This document shows positions 1-9,284 of a stretch of DNA of 54,628 nt, piece by piece. The notes beneath the pieces are model-generated. The model was not told the DNA's origin and did not search any database. It saw only the letters and a program-made list of their open reading frames with translations. Location of the stretch: positions 1 to 54,628 of the IMG/VR virus record IMGVR_UViG_3300009111_000007; one strand, written 5' to 3'. A program made the position numbers and the translations under genes. Positions within the stretch are counted from its first letter, which is position 1. Each line of letters opens with the position of its first letter. Source of the DNA: a virus (taxonomy: Duplodnaviria > Caudoviricetes).

Positions 1-13
1 CGAGGAGCCCCCG

Positions 14-1300
14 ATGGAACTCTCCGATCGACGCGAAGCCTTGGCGGCGGCGGGGGTGTCTCCAGAAGAGGTGGCCGAAATCGAGCAGTTCTTCGCGGGA
101 AGAAACGCTCCACCTCGCCAGCCTTCCGGCCTTGAGCGCCTGCGGGTGGCCGGCAAGAAGCCGGCGGAGCCGGAGATGACGGGCAAGATGCCGGACGGCG
201 CGGTGGCTCGCAACGACCGTGGCGCCATCTCCGGCAGCGGTGGGCCCGCTGGCGCCTTGACCAGCTTGCTCCTGCGGGCCGCGCCGACGCCGCGGGCGGC
301 GCCGTCAAGTTCGACCGCGACACCAGCAACTGGAGAGACGAGCGACAAACTCCCGGCCGCACCAGAAGAGCCGTTGCCGGGCGTGCAGGTGGCACCCGAT
401 GGCCAGGGCCTTACCTTGACACCCGAGGCCTTTCAGGCCATCGCCACGCTGTCCGGTGACGAGCAACTCATGGCCCTTGGCGAGCAGGTGACTCGACGAG
501 CCAAAGACGATCGGGCAGCGAAGGCTGCTCAGGCGGCTTTCGAGGCCCAGACGCGGCTCCGCGAGCGGCAACTGGCGACGGGCGAAGGCTCACTGAAGGA
601 AAAGAAACTGAGCCGGCTTGCGGCGGACGCGCGAGCGGCCGCGGAACTTCGCTTCAAGCGCGACAAGCTGTCTGCGGACCAAAAGGCGAGGGAAAAAGCG
701 ATCGCGGATAAGCTGGCGCGCTCCTCGACAAAAGATGCATACGCCATGGAAACTCGCTTGCGACAGGAGATTCTCCGAAGTCCGTCCGTCAAAGAGGCTC
801 TTGCTGTGGGCGATGCGTGGGAGCGCATTCAGACGGTGGGCAAGGGGCCGAGCCCGGCCGGCGACCTTTCCCTCGTCTTTGCCTACATGAAGCTGCTCGA
901 TCCCACAAGCGTCGTTCGCGAGAAAGAGCAGGCGACAGCGCAAAACGCCGCGGCGACGCCGGACAAGGTGCGCAATCTCTGGAATCGTGTGCTCGCTGGC
1001 GAGCCACTAACGCCTGCGCAGCGCAAGGACTTTCGAAAAGAAGCAGACGCACTATATGGCGCTCAGCGCAAACGTCTTGGCGGTTTTATCGATTCGTATC
1101 GCAAAATCGTGGATGACTACGGTCTGGACGTGGACCGCGTACTGGCGCCCGCCCTGGCGGCGGCGCCACCGGGGAACAGCCCGCCCGACAACACGTCGGA
1201 CGAGGTTCCCATGCGCGACCCCGACACCGGCAACGAGGTCATGATGCCGGCCGACGAAGTCGAAGACGCCGAGGCTGGCGGATGGGAAAGGGTGGATTGA
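14..1300 (+). CDS. Putative internal virion/DNA ejection protein (probably N-terminally truncated, continuing from the ORF starting at 54503)
   Basis: 428 aa, Ala/Glu/Lys-rich and helical, with a C-terminal 'GDLSLVFAYMKLLDPTSVVRE' block. The frame is open back to position 2. It follows the ejection-type genes at the right end. Confidence 0.6.
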   Translation: MELSDRREALAAAGVSPEEVAEIEQFFAGRNAPPRQPSGLERLRVAGKKPAEPEMTGKMPDGAVARNDRGAISGSGGPAGALTSLLLRAAPTPRAAPSSSTATPATGETSDKLPAAPEEPLPGVQVAPDGQGLTLTPEAFQAIATLSGDEQLMALGEQVTRRAKDDRAAKAAQAAFEAQTRLRERQLATGEGSLKEKKLSRLAADARAAAELRFKRDKLSADQKAREKAIADKLARSSTKDAYAMETRLRQEILRSPSVKEALAVGDAWERIQTVGKGPSPAGDLSLVFAYMKLLDPTSVVREKEQATAQNAAATPDKVRNLWNRVLAGEPLTPAQRKDFRKEADALYGAQRKRLGGFIDSYRKIVDDYGLDVDRVLAPALAAAPPGNSPPDNTSDEVPMRDPDTGNEVMMPADEVEDAEAGGWERVD

Positions 1301-2910
1301 TGGCCACTTACGTGCCCAAAAACGCGCGTCCGCTGCAACGACGCAGGGCGCAGCCGCCTACGCCCATCGGTCCGCTGGAGTCCGCCGGTCTCGGCGCCTC
1401 ACAGGGCGCTACGCTCGGATTCGGCGAGGAGGCGAGCGCCGCTCTGGAAGCGGACACCGCCCAGCCAACTTGGCAAAGAGTTTTGCGCACGTTGACCGGC
1501 GATCCGCTGCCGGCCGTTGCGGAGGGCATCAAGAGGCTCGCGCAGTTGTCGGCCGGGCGACCGCTCGGCGAGGAGATGGGCGGCGAGGGCGCGGAAGCGG
1601 CGCGCCGCGGACTCACGCCGCAACGCGTCTACCGTGAAGCCCGCGATGCGCAGCGCGAGCGCCTTCGACGGGCGGAAGACGAAAACCCCTGGTCCTACGG
1701 TGTCGGCCAGTTCGCTGGTGGCCTGATGACAACTCCGCTGATGCCGGGCTCGGCCGTGAGCACGACGGGACGTGGTATAGCTACCGCGGCGGGCCTCGGC
1801 GCGCTCGGGGGCCTCGGTGCCGGAGAGGGCGAGGGCCTGCCGGGTATGCTCAAGGACACGGCTGTTGGCGCTGGGGTGGGAGCTGGCCTTGGCGCGCTGG
1901 GAGCCGGCTTGGGGAAAGCCGTCAAGCCGGTGGCGCGCAAGTTGCGCGAGTTCGGCACGGAGCAGGCCCGGCGGGTACTGCGCGGGGGAGCTCAGATGTT
2001 GAGCGTGAAAAGGCCCGTTTCGGCGGAAGCCGTGCGGGAGATTGTGCGCTCAGGTGCGATGCCGCCCGGCATCACCACCGAAGGCGTTGCAGCACGGCTG
2101 GCGACGCTTCGCGAACAGGCCGGCAAGGATGTCGGCAAGGCGATCAGCAGGCTTGAGCAGGCCAACTTTCAGCCGCCCCAGGCCATGGAACTTGCGAGCC
2201 GTCTCAAGGCTCTTGCACTCAAGGCCAAGCGAGAAGGCTCCAGCACCGCCGCCGCCGCCTTTCAGCGCGCTGGCCGCAACATCGTTCGCGCGGAGACGGC
2301 CGTGCCGGGCGGTGCGCCGGTGCCCTTCAGCCTCCGCGCAGCGGAAAAGCTGAAACGCACGCTTCAGGACGAGGCCAACGCATCTTTCGAGGCCGTCGGT
2401 CGCAAAAGCATCATCGGAAAGGCGAAAGAGCGAGCGGCGAGGGAGGTCAACAAGGCCATCGAGGAGGCCGTTACGTCGCAGAGCGCGCTTGACCCCGCTG
2501 GCGTGCAGGCCTTTCGCGAGACAAAACGGCGATTCGGCAACATCGCTCAGGCCGAACAGGTGGCCGCCAAGGGTGCCGTGCAGGCTGGCCAGCGTCAACT
2601 TCTAGGGCTGCGCGATCTGCTTGTTGCTGGCGCCGGGGGCGCCATCGGCGGCGTCCCGGGGCTAGCTGCGGTGCCCGCTTTCTACCTCGCTCGCACCCGT
2701 GGAAGCTCCGCGCTAGCCCGGGGGGCAATGGGGGCCGGACGTGGGCTTGAGGCGCTGAGAACGGGCGCGGTTGGCCGGGGACTGCGCGCCATGGAAGGAC
2801 CGGCGCGAAGCTTCTTGCCAGGCCTGGCGGGCCAGCGTGCTACGATGTCCACGCCCGAAGAGGCGCGCGCGCGCCTTTTGCGCCGACGCCGAAAGGATGG
2901 AGAAGACTAA
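1300..2910 (+). CDS. Putative DNA ejection/internal virion protein
   Basis: ATG overlaps the upstream TGA. 'GASQGATLGFGEE' motif and Gly/Ala-rich hydrophobic segments typical of podovirus ejectosome proteins. Confidence 0.6.
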   Translation: MATYVPKNARPLQRRRAQPPTPIGPLESAGLGASQGATLGFGEEASAALEADTAQPTWQRVLRTLTGDPLPAVAEGIKRLAQLSAGRPLGEEMGGEGAEAARRGLTPQRVYREARDAQRERLRRAEDENPWSYGVGQFAGGLMTTPLMPGSAVSTTGRGIATAAGLGALGGLGAGEGEGLPGMLKDTAVGAGVGAGLGALGAGLGKAVKPVARKLREFGTEQARRVLRGGAQMLSVKRPVSAEAVREIVRSGAMPPGITTEGVAARLATLREQAGKDVGKAISRLEQANFQPPQAMELASRLKALALKAKREGSSTAAAAFQRAGRNIVRAETAVPGGAPVPFSLRAAEKLKRTLQDEANASFEAVGRKSIIGKAKERAAREVNKAIEEAVTSQSALDPAGVQAFRETKRRFGNIAQAEQVAAKGAVQAGQRQLLGLRDLLVAGAGGAIGGVPGLAAVPAFYLARTRGSSALARGAMGAGRGLEALRTGAVGRGLRAMEGPARSFLPGLAGQRATMSTPEEARARLLRRRRKDGED

Positions 2911-3908
2911 TGCCTCGAGGACCGACCGGAACATATTCTCTTCCCGAGCTCCCCTTCATCCCCGAAACGCCGGCCCTGGCCGCGGAGGTGAACAGCGACC
3001 TTTCGGACATCGCAGCCGTTCTCACCGCCAGCCTGGACCGGTACGGCAACGGGGGCATGCTCGCGCCGCTACGGGGCGTGGATGGGACGCTCGCCGCGCC
3101 AGCCGTAGCTTTCACGGCGGAGACCGGCACCGGCATGCGGCGAGCTGGTGCCGGCGACCTTCGGTTCGGCGTGGCGGGCGCCGACGTTCTTCGGCTCACC
3201 GCCGCCCTGGCGCGCATCGAGAGCGCCTTGACGGTGCTGAACGGCAATCTGGAGGCCAACGCGGGCGCCTTCTCGGGCGCGTTGACCGCCTTCAGTTCCG
3301 ACATGACCGGCTTGGCCAAGTCCGGCAGCCTCCAGGTGACGGGAGCGGCGACCATCGGCACGACCCTGGGCGTGACGGGCATCGCCACATTCACGGCAGG
3401 CGCCGACATGACCGGCGACAAGGTGGTCAACCTCGGCACCCCCACGTCCGCCACGGATGCGGCGACGAAAGGGTACGTGGACACCACGGACGCGTCGCTG
3501 CAAAACCAGATCACCGCCGAGGTGGCGCGGGGGCATGGGGCAGCCAGCTTCTCGGCCTCGGATGTGAACCTGCCAACGTCGGCGACGCGCTACTTGCCCT
3601 CGGGATGGGCGGCTGCTCTTACGACCGACGTGGCCTTCTGGGTGACCCCGGCCGCTGGAACCATCCGGGACTTCCGGGCATGGGCAAATACGGCAGCTGG
3701 AGGGGCCTCCACGGTCTTCACCGTCATGGTGAATGGTGTCGCCAGCGCCGTGACGGCCACCCTTGCTAGCGCAGCCAACAGCGCCAGCGACCTAGTCAAC
3801 ACGGTGGCCGTTGCCGCCGGAGACCGGGTGTCCCTGCGCGCCGCGGTGGGCGGCGGCGCCTCTGGCCCGGGGCTCATCTCGACGTCCATGAGGTTCCTTG
3901 CCTCATGA
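2910..3908 (+). CDS. Putative tail fibre/tail appendage protein
   Basis: N-terminal 'MPRGPTGTYSLP...VNSDLSDIAAVLTASLDRYG' anchor-like domain, 'DGTLAAPAVAF' and 'KVVNLGTPTSATDAATKGYVD' fibre motifs; Thr/Ala/Gly-rich. Confidence 0.7.
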   Translation: MPRGPTGTYSLPELPFIPETPALAAEVNSDLSDIAAVLTASLDRYGNGGMLAPLRGVDGTLAAPAVAFTAETGTGMRRAGAGDLRFGVAGADVLRLTAALARIESALTVLNGNLEANAGAFSGALTAFSSDMTGLAKSGSLQVTGAATIGTTLGVTGIATFTAGADMTGDKVVNLGTPTSATDAATKGYVDTTDASLQNQITAEVARGHGAASFSASDVNLPTSATRYLPSGWAAALTTDVAFWVTPAAGTIRDFRAWANTAAGGASTVFTVMVNGVASAVTATLASAANSASDLVNTVAVAAGDRVSLRAAVGGGASGPGLISTSMRFLAS

Positions 3909-3910
3909 CC

Positions 3911-4249
3911 TCACGGCCGGCAGAACAAACGCTGAGCGCCGAGGAGCGGATCGAGTCGGTACTCCACCTGCTGATAGGGGCTCGGACAGTAAGTGTAGTC
4001 CGGGCAGGACGAGCCCCTGCGCCAGTAGATGCCCGGGGCGCCGCAGGTGTCCGTCCTGGGGTAGCCGTCCGACGCGAAGCAAACCCGCCCCGCGTCCAGA
4101 ACGAAGTCCGCCAACGGCAACTGCGCCACCGTCACGCTGTACGGCGCATCCGCCGTGGGAAAGCACTCGAGCTCATCACCTCGCTCACCCAGGTTGCCGC
4201 CGCAGGACAGCGAGCTCAGCATCAAAGACAACGCGATCGTTCGGATCAT
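3911..4249 (-). CDS. Small Cys-rich lipoprotein, antisense to the structural operon
   Basis: GAAAGGGAG RBS. 'MIRTIALSLMLSSLSC' is a signal peptide with lipobox. Fits exactly in the gap between two + strand genes. Confidence 0.6.
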   Translation of the reverse strand: MIRTIALSLMLSSLSCGGNLGERGDELECFPTADAPYSVTVAQLPLADFVLDAGRVCFASDGYPRTDTCGAPGIYWRRGSSCPDYTYCPSPYQQVEYRLDPLLGAQRLFCRP

Positions 4250-4305
4250 GATAGACTCCCTTTCGGTGTGGGTACTACGCAGACACCATACCACATGGAG
4301 CGAGC

Positions 4306-4701
4306 ATGCGCAAGATGATGAAGTACCTAGCGATAGCCGGTTGCTCTGCATTGGTCGGGATGTTCGGTGGCCGTTGGATCGTCGGCATAGCCTTCGCCGC
4401 CAACACCTCTACGCCCGCCTGGACCGTCGAGGCAGTGAACGTGGACGTCGCCGCCACTCCGTTGCCGATCACCATCATGAACGGCCGGGAGGGGGTGGAG
4501 ATCTTCAACGACGGACCCAACAAGATCTGGTGCGGTTCGACTTCCGCCGTCACCAGCGCCACCGGGCGTCCCATCCCGGCTGGCGGCTCCTGGGGCCTGA
4601 GCCTGTCCTACACCCGGGGCTCCGTAGAGACCACCATCTACTGCATCACGACGGCCCTCCAGGTCTCCCCTGTCAACACGCGGGTCACACAGGTGAGATA
4701 A
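4306..4701 (+). CDS. Small beta-rich protein with N-terminal hydrophobic segment (putative virion accessory protein)
   Basis: GGAG RBS, GC3-rich codons, 'GREGVEIFNDGPNKIWCG' beta-sandwich-like sequence. Confidence 0.55.
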   Translation: MRKMMKYLAIAGCSALVGMFGGRWIVGIAFAANTSTPAWTVEAVNVDVAATPLPITIMNGREGVEIFNDGPNKIWCGSTSAVTSATGRPIPAGGSWGLSLSYTRGSVETTIYCITTALQVSPVNTRVTQVR

Positions 4702-4704
4702 ATC

Positions 4705-5844
4705 ATGAACTGGACACGAGCAGGAGCCGCTGGCGCGGCGCTGGCGCTGGGCGCGGCAGGGGTATGGGGGATGATGGCCAGCTTCGCTCCACCATTCACC
4801 TCCTCGCCGCCACCATTTGCCGTCCCCGATCCGCTTTCCCTGGGCGAACTGGACGCTGGCATGTTGTCGGCGGACGTTCTGGTATGCCGCGGCGCGGTGA
4901 GCACCGGCACCCTCGCGGTGGACGGCGGGGCCACCGTCGTCGGCCAGTTTTTCGCCGGCAACATCCAGGCTCTCGACGACGGTAATGTGACGGCGTCTCT
5001 GGGCGTGATCTCGGGCTTTCAGATCCGCTCGCTGGCCGGGGTGGAGGACGGGCAGTCCCTGGTCTCGCAGGGGACCGCAGACATCTACGGTCCGCTCATG
5101 CAGGGCCCGGGTGGCTTCGTCACAGGATATCCCAGCGTGCGCGTGGATGCCCCGACGGTCAGCGCGTGGCGGGATACGTCTGAGCCGCTCAATCTTGTGC
5201 TCACGGGTTACGACGGCGGTAGTGTCGATGCGCCAAATGCTGGTGGCATCCGGACGCCGCGCTTGACCGCGATGGATGGTGGATACCTAGAAATCAGTGG
5301 TTCTGGTGGATACGCCTCGGCGATTCTCTATGGCCCAACGCCTCTTCTGTCGGCGCCTGCGTGCACGACAGAGTTGGCCGGCTTACAGATCGCCGTCCTG
5401 TGGCCTCTTGCGGATGGAGGGTTCGAGGCGCGGCCCCAGAATTGCGACGGTCAGCACTGGCTGGCGGATGACTATGTGCTCAACATTATTGCCCCCGTAC
5501 GCAATGGCTCCGGAGTCTTTTACTACACCGATCCCCCCGTGCCGGCGCGTATCCGCGGGATTGACGCCTGGATAGTAACCTCGGGGCTTGGAGGCGGAAG
5601 CTTCGAATTTATCGTCCGGCAGGGATCCACGCCGCTTTGTCGTGGTGGCGGGCTTTGTACGCAGGCCGCTGGTACAAAGATCCCGATGGCCTGTTCGTGG
5701 CAACTGACAACCAATAGTCCTGACGGCGGTGCGGATTTCGCTCTCACAGCTCAGGTTGACGCCGGCTGCACCAACACACCGTCAGCGCAGGCGGGGGTGG
5801 TGATCGACACTTTCGGGTATCCCGATGCGCTTTGGATCCCCTGA
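4705..5844 (+). CDS. DGG/DAG-motif protein with N-terminal hydrophobic segment (putative fibre/receptor-binding protein)
   Basis: Repeated LDAG, VDGG, YDGG, MDGG, ADGG, PDGG and VDAG motifs; Cys-containing beta-rich C-terminal domain; located in the tail region. Confidence 0.5.
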   Translation: MNWTRAGAAGAALALGAAGVWGMMASFAPPFTSSPPPFAVPDPLSLGELDAGMLSADVLVCRGAVSTGTLAVDGGATVVGQFFAGNIQALDDGNVTASLGVISGFQIRSLAGVEDGQSLVSQGTADIYGPLMQGPGGFVTGYPSVRVDAPTVSAWRDTSEPLNLVLTGYDGGSVDAPNAGGIRTPRLTAMDGGYLEISGSGGYASAILYGPTPLLSAPACTTELAGLQIAVLWPLADGGFEARPQNCDGQHWLADDYVLNIIAPVRNGSGVFYYTDPPVPARIRGIDAWIVTSGLGGGSFEFIVRQGSTPLCRGGGLCTQAAGTKIPMACSWQLTTNSPDGGADFALTAQVDAGCTNTPSAQAGVVIDTFGYPDALWIP

Positions 5845-6242
5845 TGACGCCAGACGACACCGCCGAGCTGCAAGCTCTCGTACCGGCCGCTCGCTATCTC
5901 TTCCGCCACCGGCGCGTGCTGTGGACGGCGCTCGGCTTCGTCGGCGCGACGCTGGTAGCTGGCGCCGCGCAAGTGGCGAGGCACGAGGCGCGGCTGGTGC
6001 GCATCGAGGAGCGCCAAGATGGCGCGGGCGTTCGCCAAGCTCGCCTCGAGGCGGTGCTTGAGCGCGTCGAAACCAAGGTTGATCGAGCTCTTGAGGGCCA
6101 GGCTCGAATTGAAGGATACTTTCAGGCCCTGCCACTCCATTCAAAGGACGATGACGATGCCCGAAACCAAGACCGAGAGCAGCCCCGCGGAAGAGAGTCT
6201 CACGCAGCCCGACCCCGAGCCGGACGAACCGCCGACGACTGA
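5844..6242 (+). CDS. Single-TM coiled-coil protein (holin/hemolysin-XhlA-like)
   Basis: TGATG coupling; TM 'VLWTALGFVGATLVAGAA' followed by the coiled coil 'RLEAVLERVETKVDRAL'. Confidence 0.45.
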   Translation: MTPDDTAELQALVPAARYLFRHRRVLWTALGFVGATLVAGAAQVARHEARLVRIEERQDGAGVRQARLEAVLERVETKVDRALEGQARIEGYFQALPLHSKDDDDARNQDREQPRGRESHAARPRAGRTADD

Positions 6243-6299
6243 ACCGGCGCCCCTGGTCGGTGGATGCTCCGAGCAGGACATTTCCAACGGTGTGCCGGG

Positions 6300-6668
6300 A
6301 TGTCGCGTCCCGTGAAGTGGGTAGCCATCGCAACCATGGTGCTCGCCACGGCTTCGGCCACCGCTGGCCCTCGCGACCTGGCGCGCAAGCCGGTCAAGGG
6401 CGATGAGGTTTGCGTCGAGGCCGCTCCGACGAAGTTGCGTGACGACGTGGCGGATACCGTGGCCATCACCGGCGGCGTGGTCGAGCTCAGGCTCTGTGTC
6501 GGCGGCGGGGCGCGAACGCCCACGCGGATCGGAGCGGGTGTCTACAAGACGCTTCCCGCGTGGGCCAACAGCAATCGCTGGATCCGCGAGGCGCAGGCCG
6601 AACTGGCGCGCCTTCGCGCCCAGGTCGCTGAGCTTCAGGCCCAACTCGCCGCCTGCACGTCGAAGTAG
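6300..6668 (+). CDS. Signal-anchored protein with C-terminal coiled coil (possible spanin component)
   Basis: 'MSRPVKWVAIATMVLATASATA' signal/anchor; heptad repeat 'QAELARLRAQVAELQAQLAAC'. Confidence 0.4.
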   Translation: MSRPVKWVAIATMVLATASATAGPRDLARKPVKGDEVCVEAAPTKLRDDVADTVAITGGVVELRLCVGGGARTPTRIGAGVYKTLPAWANSNRWIREAQAELARLRAQVAELQAQLAACTSK

Positions 6669-6733
6669 CGCCGCCCGACAAGTCGTGCTATCCTCCACCC
6701 TACGCCTCACGACGGGGCGTAGGAGTGGGGAAA

Positions 6734-8662
6734 ATGCGCACGAACGAAGAAATTCAGGCAGAAATTGAGCGGCTTGGGGCCATCGTCGAGAGCGAAAAGC
6801 AGTCCACGGACAGGCGCGTCCAGGCACACGCCGAGTTGTTGACGTTGTGGTGGGCTGTAGGCAGCGGAGGTGACGCGGTAGTTGAGCCCACGGCTCGGCC
6901 AGACGCGCTCACGGCCAAGGATCTTCGCCTTGTCGAGGGGGATGAGCCGGGCGCGCGGGCCGAGCTCGACCGGCTCCGTGACGGCCTGCGGAAGGCGCTG
7001 GCCCTGGAGCGGGCGTTCGGCGACCAGGCAATGGTCGATCTCGTGCGGATGATGTACGTCAAGCAGCAGGAGCTATGTTCTGAGCGCGAGCGGACGACGG
7101 GGGTGCTCGGGTTGGCCGGGGTGGCCCAGGGCGGGCTACCGGACATCATCCGCGAGCGGCTGGCGGATTCGCTGGCAGCCGCATCCAAGCGGAGTTGCGC
7201 CCAGGTGGCTCTCGACGCTCTGCGGCGCGGCGTCTCGGACGTTCTGGATCTGGGTTCCACCGTCGAGCCCGACGAGCGGTTGATTCAGGGCGTGACGGCG
7301 ATCGCCGAGGCCCTCGAAACCGTTCGCGGCCAGTGCGAGGTGCTCGAGGCGACGCAGCGCGACCATGACCGTGCGCGCGATAGCTTGCGCGGCCACATTC
7401 GCAAGCTTGAAGGGGACCTTGAGCACGCGCGCTGTGCCGCCAGGAAGCAGGAGACCCGCGCCCAGGTGGCGGAGGCAGCGCTTGGCAATCTCCAGCGCGA
7501 ACTGGACGCGGCTCGCGCTGGGGTCAAGGCGCTCCACAAGGAGCTGGAGGACACGAAGAAGCTTGACGCGCTGCGTGAGCGCGCGAAGCCCTTGCTCAAC
7601 TCGCTGCGGGAGCGCAGCGCGCCATCGGGACAGGAGGGTGCGCTGACGGAGAGCCAGCGCGAGTTGAGCGAGGCGCTGGCGGACAAGCGAATTGCCCAGG
7701 CCCGCGTGGTCGAGCTCGAGAAGGCGCTTGCCGAGGCACGGGCGGACGAGAAGACGGCGCGCGCCGGCTGGGATGAAGCGGTGCAGCAGATGGTGGATGC
7801 CTGCAAGGACAAGGATCTGGGCGTCGAACTCGACGCGGAGGTGCTGGTGCTGGGGGAGAGGATCGCGTTCGTCAGGCGACAGGCGATTCAGGCTCGGGAG
7901 GGCTGGCTCAATGCGCTGGCCCAGCGCGACAGCCTTCGGAGAAGAATCGCTTCGCTGGAGGCCGAGAGGGCGACGCTCGCCAAGAGCCCAACCGAGCGCT
8001 ACGACGAAGCCATGACAGCGCAACGCCACCTAGAAGCCGCCCGCCGGGACGCCGAGTGTCTCCGGCGCGACCTGGAGGCCCAGCGCCAGCACGGCGAGCG
8101 GCTGGCTGGGAAGGTGTACGAGGCCGTCACCCGCGCCCAGGTAGCCGAGGCCGCCAACGGTGGCTTTCGGCTGGAGATGGATGACCTCAAGAAGCGGCAT
8201 GCCAGCGAGCTGACCGAGTGTCGGACCCACGACGACCGCTGGTCTGCCGCCCTGCTTGAGGCCGCCCGCGACGAGCGTGAAGCGGCGCTGGTCGAGCGGG
8301 ATGCCCTCCGGGACATCGCCGAGAGCTACCGGGAAGAGGTGGGGCAGCTTCGGTTTCAGCTCGCCGAACTGTCCAGGCGCGTGCGCGTGCTCGAGTCGAG
8401 GGATCGGATCCGGACGAAGATCGCGAGCTTCCGCGAGCGGCGAGACGAGGCGCGGAAGCGGATGGAGGCGGAGGCGAAGGACGGGGCACCCGCGAGGCCA
8501 TGCAACTGCGATGTCTGGAAGCCGTTCGACGATTCTGGCGGCGCCCTGGGTGCGTCCGTGGGGTCCAAGTCGGGAGACGTGAAGTTGGCGCCGCCCTGTG
8601 AGTCGTGCGTCCATGGCGATGCCAGCGCCCACGACGTCCGGGACGATGGGGGTGCGCCATGA
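6734..8662 (+). CDS. Long coiled-coil protein of unknown function
   Basis: ~640 aa, E/R/A/L heptad-rich, no Walker motif seen, small Cys cluster at the C-terminus. AGGAG/GGGG RBS upstream. Confidence 0.7.
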   Translation: MRTNEEIQAEIERLGAIVESEKQSTDRRVQAHAELLTLWWAVGSGGDAVVEPTARPDALTAKDLRLVEGDEPGARAELDRLRDGLRKALALERAFGDQAMVDLVRMMYVKQQELCSERERTTGVLGLAGVAQGGLPDIIRERLADSLAAASKRSCAQVALDALRRGVSDVLDLGSTVEPDERLIQGVTAIAEALETVRGQCEVLEATQRDHDRARDSLRGHIRKLEGDLEHARCAARKQETRAQVAEAALGNLQRELDAARAGVKALHKELEDTKKLDALRERAKPLLNSLRERSAPSGQEGALTESQRELSEALADKRIAQARVVELEKALAEARADEKTARAGWDEAVQQMVDACKDKDLGVELDAEVLVLGERIAFVRRQAIQAREGWLNALAQRDSLRRRIASLEAERATLAKSPTERYDEAMTAQRHLEAARRDAECLRRDLEAQRQHGERLAGKVYEAVTRAQVAEAANGGFRLEMDDLKKRHASELTECRTHDDRWSAALLEAARDEREAALVERDALRDIAESYREEVGQLRFQLAELSRRVRVLESRDRIRTKIASFRERRDEARKRMEAEAKDGAPARPCNCDVWKPFDDSGGALGASVGSKSGDVKLAPPCESCVHGDASAHDVRDDGGAP

Positions 8663-8876
8663 GCCCGCGCTCTTGGCCGGCGGCTCCGCGCGAGGTTGTC
8701 GAGTCGCCGCCCACCGTGATCGACGATAGCGGCGTCGACCCTTTGCCGACCGCCCGGCTGTGCCGGTGCGGCCCCTCCGGCTGGGGCTGCGAACGCCACG
8801 GCACCCACCCGCGGCGGGACGTGCCGCACACCACCCGCGGCGGCGTCGGCCTCGTCGGGGCGCTTCGGAGGACTCC

Positions 8877-9284
8877 ATGACATCCCTCCGGAAGCTTCTT
8901 GGCGATGACGTTGGGTGCGGTGACAGCTCCTGCTCGTGGGGTGCCAGTGGGATGGCAACGAACGGCGGTTGCCGCTGCCAGGGCGCTCGCGACCACCTTG
9001 CCGGGGCCGAGCGCGAGCAGCGCATGAAGCTGCGCGAGGGCATCCACCTGCTCCGCTACCTTGCTGACCTTCCGGGGATGGCCCTGGCCCTTCAGGAGCT
9101 GGCGCGCCAGCTTCGGGGCGACGCTTACCTGCGCGAAGCCCGTGAAGCCGTGCTCGAGGCGGCTCTGGTCTGGGATGACGGGCCTGGCATTCGGGACGGC
9201 GAAACTCAACTTTCGTCGGCCGTGAGTCGGTATCGCGCCATCAGGGTCGGCGGCATGCCGATAGGCGGAGAGAAAGAGCCATGA
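8877..9284 (+). CDS. Hypothetical protein with 'CGDSSC...GMATNGGCRC' Cys motif
   Basis: GGAGG RBS; ATGA coupling at both ends. Confidence 0.55.
   Translation: MTSLRKLLGDDVGCGDSSCSWGASGMATNGGCRCQGARDHLAGAEREQRMKLREGIHLLRYLADLPGMALALQELARQLRGDAYLREAREAVLEAALVWDDGPGIRDGETQLSSAVSRYRAIRVGGMPIGGEKEP

Noticed and set aside
6734-8662. Coiled-coil protein as tape measure or SMC
   Set aside because: No tail tube or sheath genes, no TM/Gly-rich tape-measure pattern and no Walker motifs.
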